A DNA stretch of 64,000 nucleotides from Bacillales bacterium UBA1188 (lineage in GTDB: Bacteria > Bacillota_I > Bacilli_A > Izemoplasmatales > UBA1188), in NCBI GenBank assembly GCA_002310135.1, contig DBYK01000003.1, positions 24,939 through 88,938 on the forward strand. The letters run 5' to 3'. Shown here one piece after another: positions 18,683 through 28,615 of this stretch. The first letter of the stretch is position 1, and each line of letters begins with the position of its first letter. The position numbers were made by a program, and so were the translations under genes. The notes under the pieces were generated by a model. That model was not told the origin of the DNA, did not search any database, and saw nothing but the letters and a program-made list of their open reading frames with translations.

Positions 18683-19813
18683 CTATTTAGCGAAATTTGG
18701 CTGTGTATATTTGAGATTATTGTATTTTATTGTAACTTTAACTTCAATATTCTCATATTCAGTATTTGGCAGTGTAGATAATAAATCAAGAATTTCAAAT
18801 CCAGATACTACCCCACCTATTACATAATATGATGAACTACTTGAATTATCTTTTAGATTGATTTGGATTTGTTGTGAACTATATCCTGATGAATCTTTGA
18901 AGCATAATGAAACAGTTCCTCTTTGATTCTTGATTGTAGATGTAGTTGGAGCGTTAATAGTCTTATCTAAAGTCTTTTCTTGATCTCCAAATTGAATTGC
19001 TGAAGAAGATGCAAGGCCCACATGAGCATTTCTATATAGACCCTTCTTAACTAAATATACAAAGAAATTAATTGAATTTGTATTTAATTCTGTATTTTTA
19101 AATAAAACAAATTCAACTTTTCCGTAACCTTTAAATTCTAAAGTTACAACCGCATTTCCATCTTCAATGTATGTGTTATAATTTTTATCAATATATCCTT
19201 CATATGGGAAATTTTCAATCACAGATTTTCCACAATCTTTAATATCTACATTAATAGTTAATTCAGTATCTGAATATTCAAACTTTAATTTGATATTACT
19301 AATCATACCTTTTTCAGCTTTTAAGACTGCACTTTTAGCACTTATTAAACCATATTCATATGCAGTTGAAAGTTTTGTAACATCATCGAGCTTGATATCT
19401 TCAAGGAATGGTAGAATGAAAATATTTTGTTTTAATTCTTTTAATTCGTATACTCCATTTCCTTTATTCTCACAATCACTTGCCTTTAGTCCTTTTAAAA
19501 CATATGTTATATCTCCAAATACTACACTTGAAGTTTCACTTGTGACATAAGTTAAATCATCTTCAGTATTTGAAACATGTTTAAATGACCCATTATCGAT
19601 AGATGTATAATAACTAACTTCATTATCTTTGTGATATTCATATAAGAAACCACTTTTAATAAATGAATATGAATATTCTTCTTTTCCTTCAACTGTTCTT
19701 TCAAGAGTAAAATTATCTAACAATTTATCATTAACTAGTGTGTCTTCACCTTTACAAGCTGTAAGCGCAACTATAGATAATATAAGAACAATTATTGTTA
19801 AAATTCGCTTCAT
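18683..19813 (-). CDS. Lipoprotein with a C-terminal cyclophilin-like domain
   Basis: 376 aa with lipobox IVALTAC. The C-terminal roughly 160 aa parallel cyclophilin blocks: GKVEFVLF, NFFVYLVKKGLY, IQFGD, KNQRGTVSL, QIQINL and VIGGVVSGFEILD. Confidence 0.6.
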   Translation of the reverse strand: MKRILTIIVLILSIVALTACKGEDTLVNDKLLDNFTLERTVEGKEEYSYSFIKSGFLYEYHKDNEVSYYTSIDNGSFKHVSNTEDDLTYVTSETSSVVFGDITYVLKGLKASDCENKGNGVYELKELKQNIFILPFLEDIKLDDVTKLSTAYEYGLISAKSAVLKAEKGMISNIKLKFEYSDTELTINVDIKDCGKSVIENFPYEGYIDKNYNTYIEDGNAVVTLEFKGYGKVEFVLFKNTELNTNSINFFVYLVKKGLYRNAHVGLASSSAIQFGDQEKTLDKTINAPTTSTIKNQRGTVSLCFKDSSGYSSQQIQINLKDNSSSSSYYVIGGVVSGFEILDLLSTLPNTEYENIEVKVTIKYNNLKYTQPNFAK

Positions 19814-19887
19814 AAATTAGACCTCTAAAAATATTAATATTTTTCCATTAAATTATTATATCATATATAAATATATTTTTAAAATAT

Positions 19888-21594
19888 TTATAAAGATATT
19901 TTTAAGCCCAAATCTTTTAGTTGTGCTTCATCAACATTTGATGGGCAATCAAGCATTAAATCTTGGGCTGTAGTAGTCTTAGGGAATAATATTACATCCC
20001 TTATATTATCAGTTCCTGTTAGAACCATCATTGTTCTTTCAAGCCCAAATGCTAATCCACCATGAGGAGGGAATCCATATTTCATCGCATCTAAGAGATA
20101 ACCAAATTTATTTCTTTGATCTTCTTTACTAATCTTTAAGATGCTGAATACTTTTTCTTGAATATCTTCTTCATAGATTCTTAATGATCCACCACCAAGT
20201 TCATAACCAAATGCAACTAAATCATATGAATATGAATACACCTTAAGAGGATCAGCTAAAAGATATTTTTCATGTTCCTTAAGTGGTCTTGTAAATGGAT
20301 GATGAGATGAAGTAATTTCGCCTTCTTCATTAAGTTCAAATAGTGGGAACTCGACAATCCATTTGAAATCATAAATATTTTTATCAATTAAATCTAGTTC
20401 ACTTGCAACTCTAGATCTTAAAGATCCCATCGCATTACAAGCTTTTACATAATTAGATTTAGTTGTTATAAATAATATATCAGAGTTTGACATATTTAAA
20501 TTAGATAAGATATCTTCATTCAATAATTTAATTATTGAACCACTATATGAATCATCACTCTTTTTAACATATAATAGATTATCTCCAGAGTGCTTTTTGA
20601 TGAATTCAGTTAATTCTTCAATCTTCTTTCTTGAGAAATAATTCGAAGAATCATTTACCTTGATTGCGATTGAATATTTATCTTTAAATAGTGGTGAATC
20701 TATACCATTAAATAAATCTGTTAGATGGATAAGTTTTAGATCAAATCTTGTATCTGGTTTATCACTACCATAATCTTTAATCGCATCATCCCATTTGATT
20801 CTTTCAAATGGAATCTTTAATTCAACATTTAAAATTTCTTTAAATATTTTCTTGTACATTCCTTCCATAATAGTGAGTAATTCATCTTGTTCTAAGAAGG
20901 ATGTTTCAATATCTATTTGAGTGAATTCAGGTTGTCTATCAGCTCTTAAATCTTCATCTCTAAAACATTTAGCGATTTGATAATATCTATCCATTCCTGC
21001 AACCATTAATAACTGTTTTAGGATTTGAGGTGATTGTGGTAGAGCATAGAATTCACCTTTAAATATTCTTGATGGAACTAAATAATCTCTAGCTCCTTCT
21101 GGTGTACTCTTACAGAGTATTGGTGTTTCACATTCAATAAAATTATTATCATTTAAATAATTTCTCACAATTGATAATACTTTAGATTTGGTTTTAAAGA
21201 TTGATTGAAGTTCTTCTCTTCTTAAATCCAAATATCGATATTTGAGTTTAATTTCATCATTAGAATTTTTATCAATAGGAAGGGCTTCACTCTTAGATAA
21301 TAATTTGATAGAAGTTGCATCTATTTCAATTTCACCAGTTTTTATTTTAGGATTAGGGTTTTCTCTTAAGATTACTTTTCCTTTAACTTCAATTACTGAT
21401 TCATTAGTAATTGATTCAGTAGTATTATAGAAATCTTTTTCAGGCCTTACAACAACTTGAGAGATACCACTTATATCTCTTAAATCGATAAAAATTAAGC
21501 CTCCTAATTTCCTTATTTTATTTACCCAGCCATAAAGAACTACATCTTGGCCTAGATTTTGTTTTGTTAATTCACCATTATAATTAGTTCTCAT
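19888..21594 (-). CDS. aspS: Aspartate--tRNA ligase
   Basis: Class II motifs are present (FRDEDLRADRQPEFTQ, GGGSLRI, GLAFGLER). I place the start at the ATG at 21594, which is preceded by GGAGG at 5-nt spacing. This is 8 codons inside the track ORF. Confidence 0.95.
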   Translation of the reverse strand: MRTNYNGELTKQNLGQDVVLYGWVNKIRKLGGLIFIDLRDISGISQVVVRPEKDFYNTTESITNESVIEVKGKVILRENPNPKIKTGEIEIDATSIKLLSKSEALPIDKNSNDEIKLKYRYLDLRREELQSIFKTKSKVLSIVRNYLNDNNFIECETPILCKSTPEGARDYLVPSRIFKGEFYALPQSPQILKQLLMVAGMDRYYQIAKCFRDEDLRADRQPEFTQIDIETSFLEQDELLTIMEGMYKKIFKEILNVELKIPFERIKWDDAIKDYGSDKPDTRFDLKLIHLTDLFNGIDSPLFKDKYSIAIKVNDSSNYFSRKKIEELTEFIKKHSGDNLLYVKKSDDSYSGSIIKLLNEDILSNLNMSNSDILFITTKSNYVKACNAMGSLRSRVASELDLIDKNIYDFKWIVEFPLFELNEEGEITSSHHPFTRPLKEHEKYLLADPLKVYSYSYDLVAFGYELGGGSLRIYEEDIQEKVFSILKISKEDQRNKFGYLLDAMKYGFPPHGGLAFGLERTMMVLTGTDNIRDVILFPKTTTAQDLMLDCPSNVDEAQLKDLGLKISL

Positions 21595-22894
21595 CACAGC
21601 CTCCATCACATGTTTCACAATCTCTATTGCATCTAATTCTATGTAACATATATTCTAATAATTTTGATTCATCAATTAAATCATCAGTATCTTGAACTTT
21701 ATCTTTAATTCTTATCTTTTTATCTTTTAGTTCATCATCCCCACAAATTATTAAGAATCTCGCATTGTTTTGATCGCTTGATTTAAAATGACCTTTTAAA
21801 TTTAAAGATTCATAATTCATCTCAGATGAAAAACCATGTTCTCTTATTTCTTGCATTAATTCTATTAAATGCATTTTCGCATTAATGCCTATCGGAATAA
21901 ATTGAGCGAATATTTTATGTGAATAATCAACTCTTTCATCAATTATTTCAGATAACCTTTCTATTCCAAATGCAAAACCAACTGAACCAAGTTCTGGACC
22001 GCCTAACATTTTAGTTAAATTGTTATATCTTCCACCAGCACAAATTGCTTGTGAGATAGAATTATCATTTTCATCAACTAGTTCAACTTCAAATATAGTG
22101 TTTGTATAATAATCTAAGCCTCTTACAAGCTTTAAATCTACAATATATGGGATATGTAATAAATCGAGATACGATTTAACTACTTCAAATTCTTCTTTAG
22201 ATTTATCTGATAAATAATCACTAATTTTAGGGGCATTTAATAATACTTCATTATCTTTATCTATCTTACAATCAAGAATTCTTAAAGTATTAGTTTCATA
22301 TCTTTTCTTGCAGTCATTGCATAATAAATCAAGTTTATCTTTAAAATACTCTTTTAAAGCAACCTTGTAGTTATTTCTTGAATCGTCATCTCCTAGTGTA
22401 TTAAGTCTTACTCTAAAATTCTTAATTCTAAGCGACTTAAAAATAGTAGTTGCTAGTGTGATAACCTCAGCGTCCATATAAGGACTATTTGAGCCAACTA
22501 CTTCTACACCAAATTGAGAGAATTCTCTATATCTTCCCTTTTGTGGACGTTCATATCTAAACATTGGGCCTGAGTAGAATAATTTTAATGGAAGATTAGA
22601 TGTATATAACTTATTCTCAAGAACGGCTCTTACAACAGGAGCTGTACCTTCAGGTCTTAATGTTACCATTCTATCCCCTCTATCTTTGAAATCAAATGTT
22701 TCTTTAGTGACTATATCACTAGACTCACCACTTGATCTATGGATAAGTTCACTATAAGATAGAATTGGCACTCTTATTTCTTGATATCCATATAAACTTG
22801 CAACATCTTTAAGATAATTCTCTAGTGATGTTAATTTCTTTGATTGTTCTGGAAGAAAATCAATAGTTCCTTTAACTTTTGTATACATATCCAC
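21584..22894 (-). CDS. hisS: Histidine--tRNA ligase with a short Cys-rich C-terminal tail
   Basis: 436 aa with class IIa motifs (LRPEGTAP, FRYERPQKGRYREF, GGRYN, GFAFGIERL). The tail is RIRCNRDCETCDGGCDEN. Confidence 0.95.
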   Translation of the reverse strand: MDMYTKVKGTIDFLPEQSKKLTSLENYLKDVASLYGYQEIRVPILSYSELIHRSSGESSDIVTKETFDFKDRGDRMVTLRPEGTAPVVRAVLENKLYTSNLPLKLFYSGPMFRYERPQKGRYREFSQFGVEVVGSNSPYMDAEVITLATTIFKSLRIKNFRVRLNTLGDDDSRNNYKVALKEYFKDKLDLLCNDCKKRYETNTLRILDCKIDKDNEVLLNAPKISDYLSDKSKEEFEVVKSYLDLLHIPYIVDLKLVRGLDYYTNTIFEVELVDENDNSISQAICAGGRYNNLTKMLGGPELGSVGFAFGIERLSEIIDERVDYSHKIFAQFIPIGINAKMHLIELMQEIREHGFSSEMNYESLNLKGHFKSSDQNNARFLIICGDDELKDKKIRIKDKVQDTDDLIDESKLLEYMLHRIRCNRDCETCDGGCDEN

Positions 22895-22899
22895 CTCTA

Positions 22900-22932
22900 A
22901 AAAATAAGCCCATCAAGTGGGCTATTTTTTTT
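22900..22932 (-). terminator. Hairpin/terminator between acpP and hisS
   Basis: On the minus strand AGCCCA-CTTGA-TGGGCT is followed by TATTTTTT. It ends only a few nt before the hisS RBS AGAGGTGG. Confidence 0.55.
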
Positions 22933-22950
22933 AAATTGCTTAGAAAAAAA

Positions 22951-23190
22951 TTATTGATGAGATTCTATATAATCGACGATTTGTTTAACAGTCTTTAAAT
23001 CCATCGCTTCATCGTCTGAAATTTGAACTCCAAATGTTTCTTCTAGTGAACATACTAGTTCAATTGCATCCAAAGAATCAGCACCAAGGTCGCTCTCGAA
23101 TGAAGAATCCATAGTTACTTTGCTTTCCTCAACTTGTAATTCTTCTACTACTAATTTTTTAACTGTCTCAAATATTTCGTTTCTTTCCAT
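22951..23190 (-). CDS. acpP: Acyl carrier protein
   Basis: 79 aa with the phosphopantetheine site LGADSLDAIEL. Confidence 0.9.
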   Translation of the reverse strand: MERNEIFETVKKLVVEELQVEESKVTMDSSFESDLGADSLDAIELVCSLEETFGVQISDDEAMDLKTVKQIVDYIESHQ

Positions 23191-23290
23191 ATTTTTCTCC
23201 TTATTATTTATATAGTGTATCGAGCCCTTGATTGATACTTCTATACTTCAATATCATAATTATATTATAATTATTATTTTTTTACAACAA

Positions 23291-23725
23291 TTAAATATCT
23301 AAGATTACTGAAACTGGTCCATCATTGATTGAACCAATCTTCATGTCTGCTCCAAATACCCCATCTTTTAGATTGAATAATGTCTTAGCTTTTTCAATTG
23401 TATATTCATAAAGTGGTAAAGATTTATCATATGAAATTGATCTTGAAAATGATGGTCTATTTCCACTTAATAGATTCGCATATAAAGTAAATGAAGATAT
23501 GATTAATACTTCTCCATTTACATCATCAATTGAGAGATTTAGTTTATCAAATTGATCTGTGAAAATCCTGAGTTTCTTTACTTTATTTAATGCCTTATCA
23601 ATTGTCAAAAATGTATCTGTTTCTTCGTATGCTACATATACTAAAAGTCCATTTGAAATACTTGAATGAACCTTAGATGAAATAATACATTTTGCTTCTT
23701 TAACTCTCTCTATTAAAAGTCTCAT
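23291..23725 (-). CDS. dtd: D-aminoacyl-tRNA deacylase
   Basis: 144 aa with a MRLLIERV start, the SSFTLYA motif and a GPVSVILD end. It follows relA, as in Bacillus. Confidence 0.85.
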   Translation of the reverse strand: MRLLIERVKEAKCIISSKVHSSISNGLLVYVAYEETDTFLTIDKALNKVKKLRIFTDQFDKLNLSIDDVNGEVLIISSFTLYANLLSGNRPSFSRSISYDKSLPLYEYTIEKAKTLFNLKDGVFGADMKIGSINDGPVSVILDI

Positions 23726-25911
23726 CTTTTAACCCTTTCGATTTGATATATTCCTTTAATCTTTTCAAGGTTAGAAATCATCAAATCTAATTCAGATTTA
23801 TTTATTACTTCAAGTGTCAAATTGATTATACCTTCATTTATATCATTAGCTCTCGCAGTAACTTTAATAACTTTACAGTTATAGGCTATACTTGTGTTAA
23901 TTATATCAGCAAGAATATTATCTCTATTAAATACGAATAATTTTAGGTCAACTTGGAATCGTTTATCCTTATTTTCAGCCCAAAATACTGGAATAAACCT
24001 ATTCTCATCAAAACCCTTAATATTCTTACAATCGCTCCTATGGATTGCGATACCTACACCTTTAGTTATATAACCTACTATATCATCACCAGGAATAGGT
24101 GAACAACAGTGTGCGAGTTTAACACTTGGAGTGTCAAGACCTTCAACAATTATATCGACGTCTTCATGGTATACTCTATTCTTATTTCTCTTATTGATTA
24201 AATCGATTATCTTTTCACTATTTGATAGATCAGATTGAATAAAATCATTGAGAATTGAAATAGCACTAAATTGTCCTTTTCCACAAGCATAATATAGGTC
24301 TTCTAAATTCTTAAATTGTTTCTCAGGTGAACTTCTTTTAATAACGAGTTCATCTGTCAAAACTAAATCTAATTTTTGATTTTTTATTTCTTGAAGAATA
24401 CTATTCTTACCTTGTTCAATTAGGAGGTCTTTATTCTTCTTATTTAAAAATTGTTTAATCTTAGATCTTGCACTAGATGTCTTTGCGATTTTGAGCCAGT
24501 TTTCATTTGGACCATATGCATTAGCACTTGTCTTAATTTCACACACATCACCAGTTTTAAACACATAATCAAGAGGAACAATTTTGCCGTTTACTATTGC
24601 CCCAGTAAAATTGTCACCAATTCTTGAGTGAATTCTATATGCGAAATCTATAGGTGTTGAACCTTCAGGAAGTGAAATAACTGTATTTTTTGGAGTAAAT
24701 ACATAAACATTTGCGTTTAAAACATCTTCACTAAAAAGAGTAGTTATTTCTTGTTTTTCTTCTTCATCACCAGATGTATATTTTAATAAGTCATTATACC
24801 ATCTGAGTTTAGATGCAGTAGATTCATAATAATTTGATTTGAGCTTAACTCCTTCCTTATATGCCCAGTGAGCAGCGATACCATTTTCAGCTATTTCATC
24901 CATTTCTTTTGTTCTAATTTGTATCTCATAAATCTTCCCATCGTTTACAACTGTTGTATGTAGGGATTGATACATATTAGGTTTAGGTACAGCGATATAA
25001 TCTTTAAATCTCGATGGAACAGGAGCATATTTTGAATGAATAATACCTATTGCTTTATAGCAATCTATTACAGTTTTAACGATTGCTCTTAAGGCTTGTA
25101 GGTCATAAATATTTTCAAATGGTATGCCTTTTTTCTCCATCTTATTATATATAGAATTTATATTCTTTACACGTTTTGAAATATCAGCTTCAATTCCTTC
25201 ACTTTTAAGTAGGTCATGGATGTCTGTGGCCATTTTATTTAAATCAGCTTCTCTTGCCTTCTTGGTTGTCTTTAATTTCTTTGATATTTCTTCATATTCT
25301 TGAGGATATAAATATTTAAACGATAAATCCTCAAGTTCTGCCTTAATTTGATACATACCAAGTTTATGAGCAATTGGAGCATAGATAGCCTGTGTTTCTT
25401 TAGATATCCTTATTTGTTTCTCATATGGCAGATATTTAAGTGTAAGCATATTATTTAATCTATCACTTAATTTAATCCATATAACCCTAATATCTCTAAC
25501 CATAGAGAAAAGCATCTTTTGGAAATTAGATGCATATTCATTCTCATCACTTCTCTTGAGTGATGTAGTATCAGTATATGTCATCTTCCTAATCTTAGTT
25601 AAGCCTTCAACTAAGTTCGCAACTTCCATACCAAAATTATTCTTAATATCGTCAAATGTTTTAGATGTATCTTCGATAACATCGTGTAAGATTGCGGCTA
25701 AAAGTGTCGTAGGGTCAGCGTGATAATCACATAGAGTCTTTGCGACTTCTATAGGATGAATGATATAAGGCTCACCAGATGCACGTTTTTGATCTTTATG
25801 AGCTTCCAATGCGAAAAGATAGGCACTATATATTTCATTCTTAGTGTCTTCATTATGAATATATGTACTTATCGCATCGCCTAAAGGCTTATAAAAATCA
25901 TAATTATCCAT
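23722..25911 (-). CDS. relA: Bifunctional (p)ppGpp synthetase/hydrolase RelA/SpoT
   Basis: 729 aa with an HD hydrolase domain (HPIEVA, LHDVIEDT), a synthetase domain (YQSLHTTV), and TGS and ACT-like C-terminal domains. Confidence 0.9.
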   Translation of the reverse strand: MDNYDFYKPLGDAISTYIHNEDTKNEIYSAYLFALEAHKDQKRASGEPYIIHPIEVAKTLCDYHADPTTLLAAILHDVIEDTSKTFDDIKNNFGMEVANLVEGLTKIRKMTYTDTTSLKRSDENEYASNFQKMLFSMVRDIRVIWIKLSDRLNNMLTLKYLPYEKQIRISKETQAIYAPIAHKLGMYQIKAELEDLSFKYLYPQEYEEISKKLKTTKKAREADLNKMATDIHDLLKSEGIEADISKRVKNINSIYNKMEKKGIPFENIYDLQALRAIVKTVIDCYKAIGIIHSKYAPVPSRFKDYIAVPKPNMYQSLHTTVVNDGKIYEIQIRTKEMDEIAENGIAAHWAYKEGVKLKSNYYESTASKLRWYNDLLKYTSGDEEEKQEITTLFSEDVLNANVYVFTPKNTVISLPEGSTPIDFAYRIHSRIGDNFTGAIVNGKIVPLDYVFKTGDVCEIKTSANAYGPNENWLKIAKTSSARSKIKQFLNKKNKDLLIEQGKNSILQEIKNQKLDLVLTDELVIKRSSPEKQFKNLEDLYYACGKGQFSAISILNDFIQSDLSNSEKIIDLINKRNKNRVYHEDVDIIVEGLDTPSVKLAHCCSPIPGDDIVGYITKGVGIAIHRSDCKNIKGFDENRFIPVFWAENKDKRFQVDLKLFVFNRDNILADIINTSIAYNCKVIKVTARANDINEGIINLTLEVINKSELDLMISNLEKIKGIYQIERVKR

Positions 25912-25912
25912 A

Positions 25913-26437
25913 CTAATATTTAATCAATGATAGATATTCAATATCCTTAATATGATCTTTTCCTTTTAAATCTAATAATTCAATTAGGAATCCAATTCCA
26001 ACTACTTTGGCTCCTAATTTCTCACATAAATGAATAGTTGCTTCAACTGTACCACCAGTTGCGAGTAAATCGTCAATGATTAATACTCTATCACCAGGTT
26101 TTAGTGAATCTTCATGAATACAGAGTTTATTTGTCCCATATTCAAGTTTGTATTCTTCAAATACAGTTTTTCTAGGTAATTTACCTGGTTTTCTAACTGG
26201 GATGAATCCGACATTCATCTCATATGCAACAGGACAACCTATAATGAAACCTCTAGCATCAGGACCAATAACTACATTTGCCCCAACTCTTTTTCCAAAA
26301 TCAGCTAGTCTTTTGCAAGCTTCATGAAAGGCATCTTTATCTCTTAAAAGAGGTGTGATGTCCTTAAATTGTATCCCTTCAATAGGGAAATTTGGTACGT
26401 TTTCAATGTAATCTTCTAATTTCATATTTCCATCCAT
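25913..26437 (-). CDS. apt: Adenine phosphoribosyltransferase
   Basis: 174 aa with FKDITPLL and the PRPP motif VLIIDDLLATGGT. The true start could be the Met 4 codons downstream. Confidence 0.9.
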   Translation of the reverse strand: MDGNMKLEDYIENVPNFPIEGIQFKDITPLLRDKDAFHEACKRLADFGKRVGANVVIGPDARGFIIGCPVAYEMNVGFIPVRKPGKLPRKTVFEEYKLEYGTNKLCIHEDSLKPGDRVLIIDDLLATGGTVEATIHLCEKLGAKVVGIGFLIELLDLKGKDHIKDIEYLSLIKY

Positions 26438-26440
26438 TTT

Positions 26441-28552
26441 TTATTCTAATGCCTCTATAACATATTTTTTGATTGTATTTATATCGGATCTAAGAAGCGT
26501 TAACACTTCTTTTGATTCAACAAATTCATTATAAGTCTTTGAATCTTCTAAGTTTACTTTATAACCTTTTTCACGAGGAATAGGTTTTACTTTTCCATTA
26601 TATCTTTCAACAAGATTTAATTCTTCAAATATTTCAAGTATATGATTTAAAACATACTTACTTGCTTTAACTTCTTTTTGAAGCATTATTTCATTGATTT
26701 CAATTCTTTTACTAATAACATAAATAACTTCTTTTAAAAATTTTAAATCAGTAATTAAATGTTCATCATTCTTCTCTTGGCTTATAGGCGCAAGATATAA
26801 AATCGATGGAGATTGTTCTTTGATTAATAAATTCAAATCCGCAATATTATCAAATTCTTCTTTTAAGATTAATCCATCTTCTAAATCGAAATGACTTACT
26901 GCATATTTGTAATCTTTTCTATTTCTATAATCAATTACTTGAACTCCATTAACCCTGAAATCTTTTGCTATAATTTGAATATTTTCAAAACCATTATAAC
27001 TATTGATATTTAATTCACCAACTACTTCAAGCTCATCGCTTGGAGCTAAATTGAATGATAAACTAGTATCATTAAACACAATTATAGAGATATATTTTCC
27101 ATTATTTAATTTGCATTTAATTTTAGTATGTTTTTCTGCAAGAAGTTGAGTACCTATAACTTCTAAATCATTGAATAGGAACAAAGTTTCTTGCATATCA
27201 TAATATTCAAGTTCTTTAACAAAATCAGTATTAATTAAAGTGTGGTGAAGCGACAATGAAACATCAAGAGATGACTCAAACGGAACAATAGTTGCGACTT
27301 CTTTTGATAATCTATCTTTGAGTTCTTTGATGTTAGATGCTTTCATAGATACACCACAAGCTTTTTCATGACCGCCAAACTTATCTAATAAGTCTTTATT
27401 CTTCTCTAGCATCTCGAGAATATTATAATCGCCTATAGTTCTAAATGAACCTCTCGCATAATTATCTTGATTTACATTGAATACACCAGTAATCTTACCA
27501 GTTTTCTTCATCACTTTTTGAGCGATGATGCCTAAAACACCTTCATAAAATGATGATGAATAAATAATAATAACATTATCATCTTGATTAATCATTTTGT
27601 AAGCTAAATCAGTATTTTGAATAGTTAATTCTTTTCTTAAAGTATCAGCTTCAAGTAAAGCATTAATATCTTCTCTGATCTTATCTATATCATCTTCGAT
27701 TAAGAGCTCAATTGCGATTGTAGCATCTCCGATTCTTCCTAAAGAATTGATTTTAGGAGCTATATTAAAAGATATATCTTTTAAGCCATGAATTTCTAGA
27801 TTTAGTTTTTCAAGAAGCATTCTAAGGCCCAAAACATTAGTGTCATTGATTCTTTTAATACCTTCATTAACTATTGCCTTATTTTCACCGATTATAGGCA
27901 TCATATCCGCAATTGTTCCAAGCATAGCTAAATCGACATATTTTCTTATGAAATCTTTATCTAAAGCTTCAGCAATTTTAAATGATACTCCAACTCCACA
28001 AAGGTGTTCAAAAGGATAATCATTATTTAAATATGAATGGAGAATATAATCTGTCTTAGGAAGTTTTTCTTTAGGTTCATGGTGATCAGTAATAATCACA
28101 ACTATTCCTGCTTGATTTAATCTTTCCACTTCATCAACGGATGTAATACCATTATCTACAGTTATAACTAATTGATATTCTTTTTCTATGATTTCATCTA
28201 CAACTTCATTAGATAGTCCATATCCTTCACTAAATCTATTTGGAACCATGAAAGATACATTTGCGCCTTTCGCTTTTAATGCTCTATACATTACTGCGGT
28301 CGCAGTTATTCCATCGACATCATAGTCTCCATAGATTAGAATCTTTTCATCATTTCTAATGGATAATTTAATCTTTTTTATAACTTTATCCATATTCTTA
28401 AATTCATAAGGATCTATAAAATCTTTGAAACCTAAAAAATGATAACGAACATAGTCATCAATCCCAATATTCTTATGTAAGATATCTATGATTTCATTAT
28501 CAGAATAATTATTCTGATATTTAACAATCCATTTATATTTTGGAAGTATCAT
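26441..28552 (-). CDS. recJ: Single-stranded-DNA-specific exonuclease RecJ
   Basis: 703 aa with DHH family motifs (GDYDVDGITA, ITVDNG, ITDHH) and a DHHA1 domain (GGHEKACG). Confidence 0.9.
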   Translation of the reverse strand: MILPKYKWIVKYQNNYSDNEIIDILHKNIGIDDYVRYHFLGFKDFIDPYEFKNMDKVIKKIKLSIRNDEKILIYGDYDVDGITATAVMYRALKAKGANVSFMVPNRFSEGYGLSNEVVDEIIEKEYQLVITVDNGITSVDEVERLNQAGIVVIITDHHEPKEKLPKTDYILHSYLNNDYPFEHLCGVGVSFKIAEALDKDFIRKYVDLAMLGTIADMMPIIGENKAIVNEGIKRINDTNVLGLRMLLEKLNLEIHGLKDISFNIAPKINSLGRIGDATIAIELLIEDDIDKIREDINALLEADTLRKELTIQNTDLAYKMINQDDNVIIIYSSSFYEGVLGIIAQKVMKKTGKITGVFNVNQDNYARGSFRTIGDYNILEMLEKNKDLLDKFGGHEKACGVSMKASNIKELKDRLSKEVATIVPFESSLDVSLSLHHTLINTDFVKELEYYDMQETLFLFNDLEVIGTQLLAEKHTKIKCKLNNGKYISIIVFNDTSLSFNLAPSDELEVVGELNINSYNGFENIQIIAKDFRVNGVQVIDYRNRKDYKYAVSHFDLEDGLILKEEFDNIADLNLLIKEQSPSILYLAPISQEKNDEHLITDLKFLKEVIYVISKRIEINEIMLQKEVKASKYVLNHILEIFEELNLVERYNGKVKPIPREKGYKVNLEDSKTYNEFVESKEVLTLLRSDINTIKKYVIEALE

Positions 28553-28615
28553 ATTATTCTCCTTTTTTAGGTATTTAAAGATTATAAATTAAAAATTTAT
28601 ATAAATAAATAGGTT

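Noticed and set aside
22895-22950. An expected T-box leader upstream of hisS-aspS, and likewise upstream of glyQS at 45020.
   Set aside because: Only 56 nt separate acpP and hisS, and 3 nt separate recO and glyQS. That is far too short for a T-box riboswitch of about 200 nt, and no T-box consensus (AAnnnGGGTGGTACCGCG) is visible.
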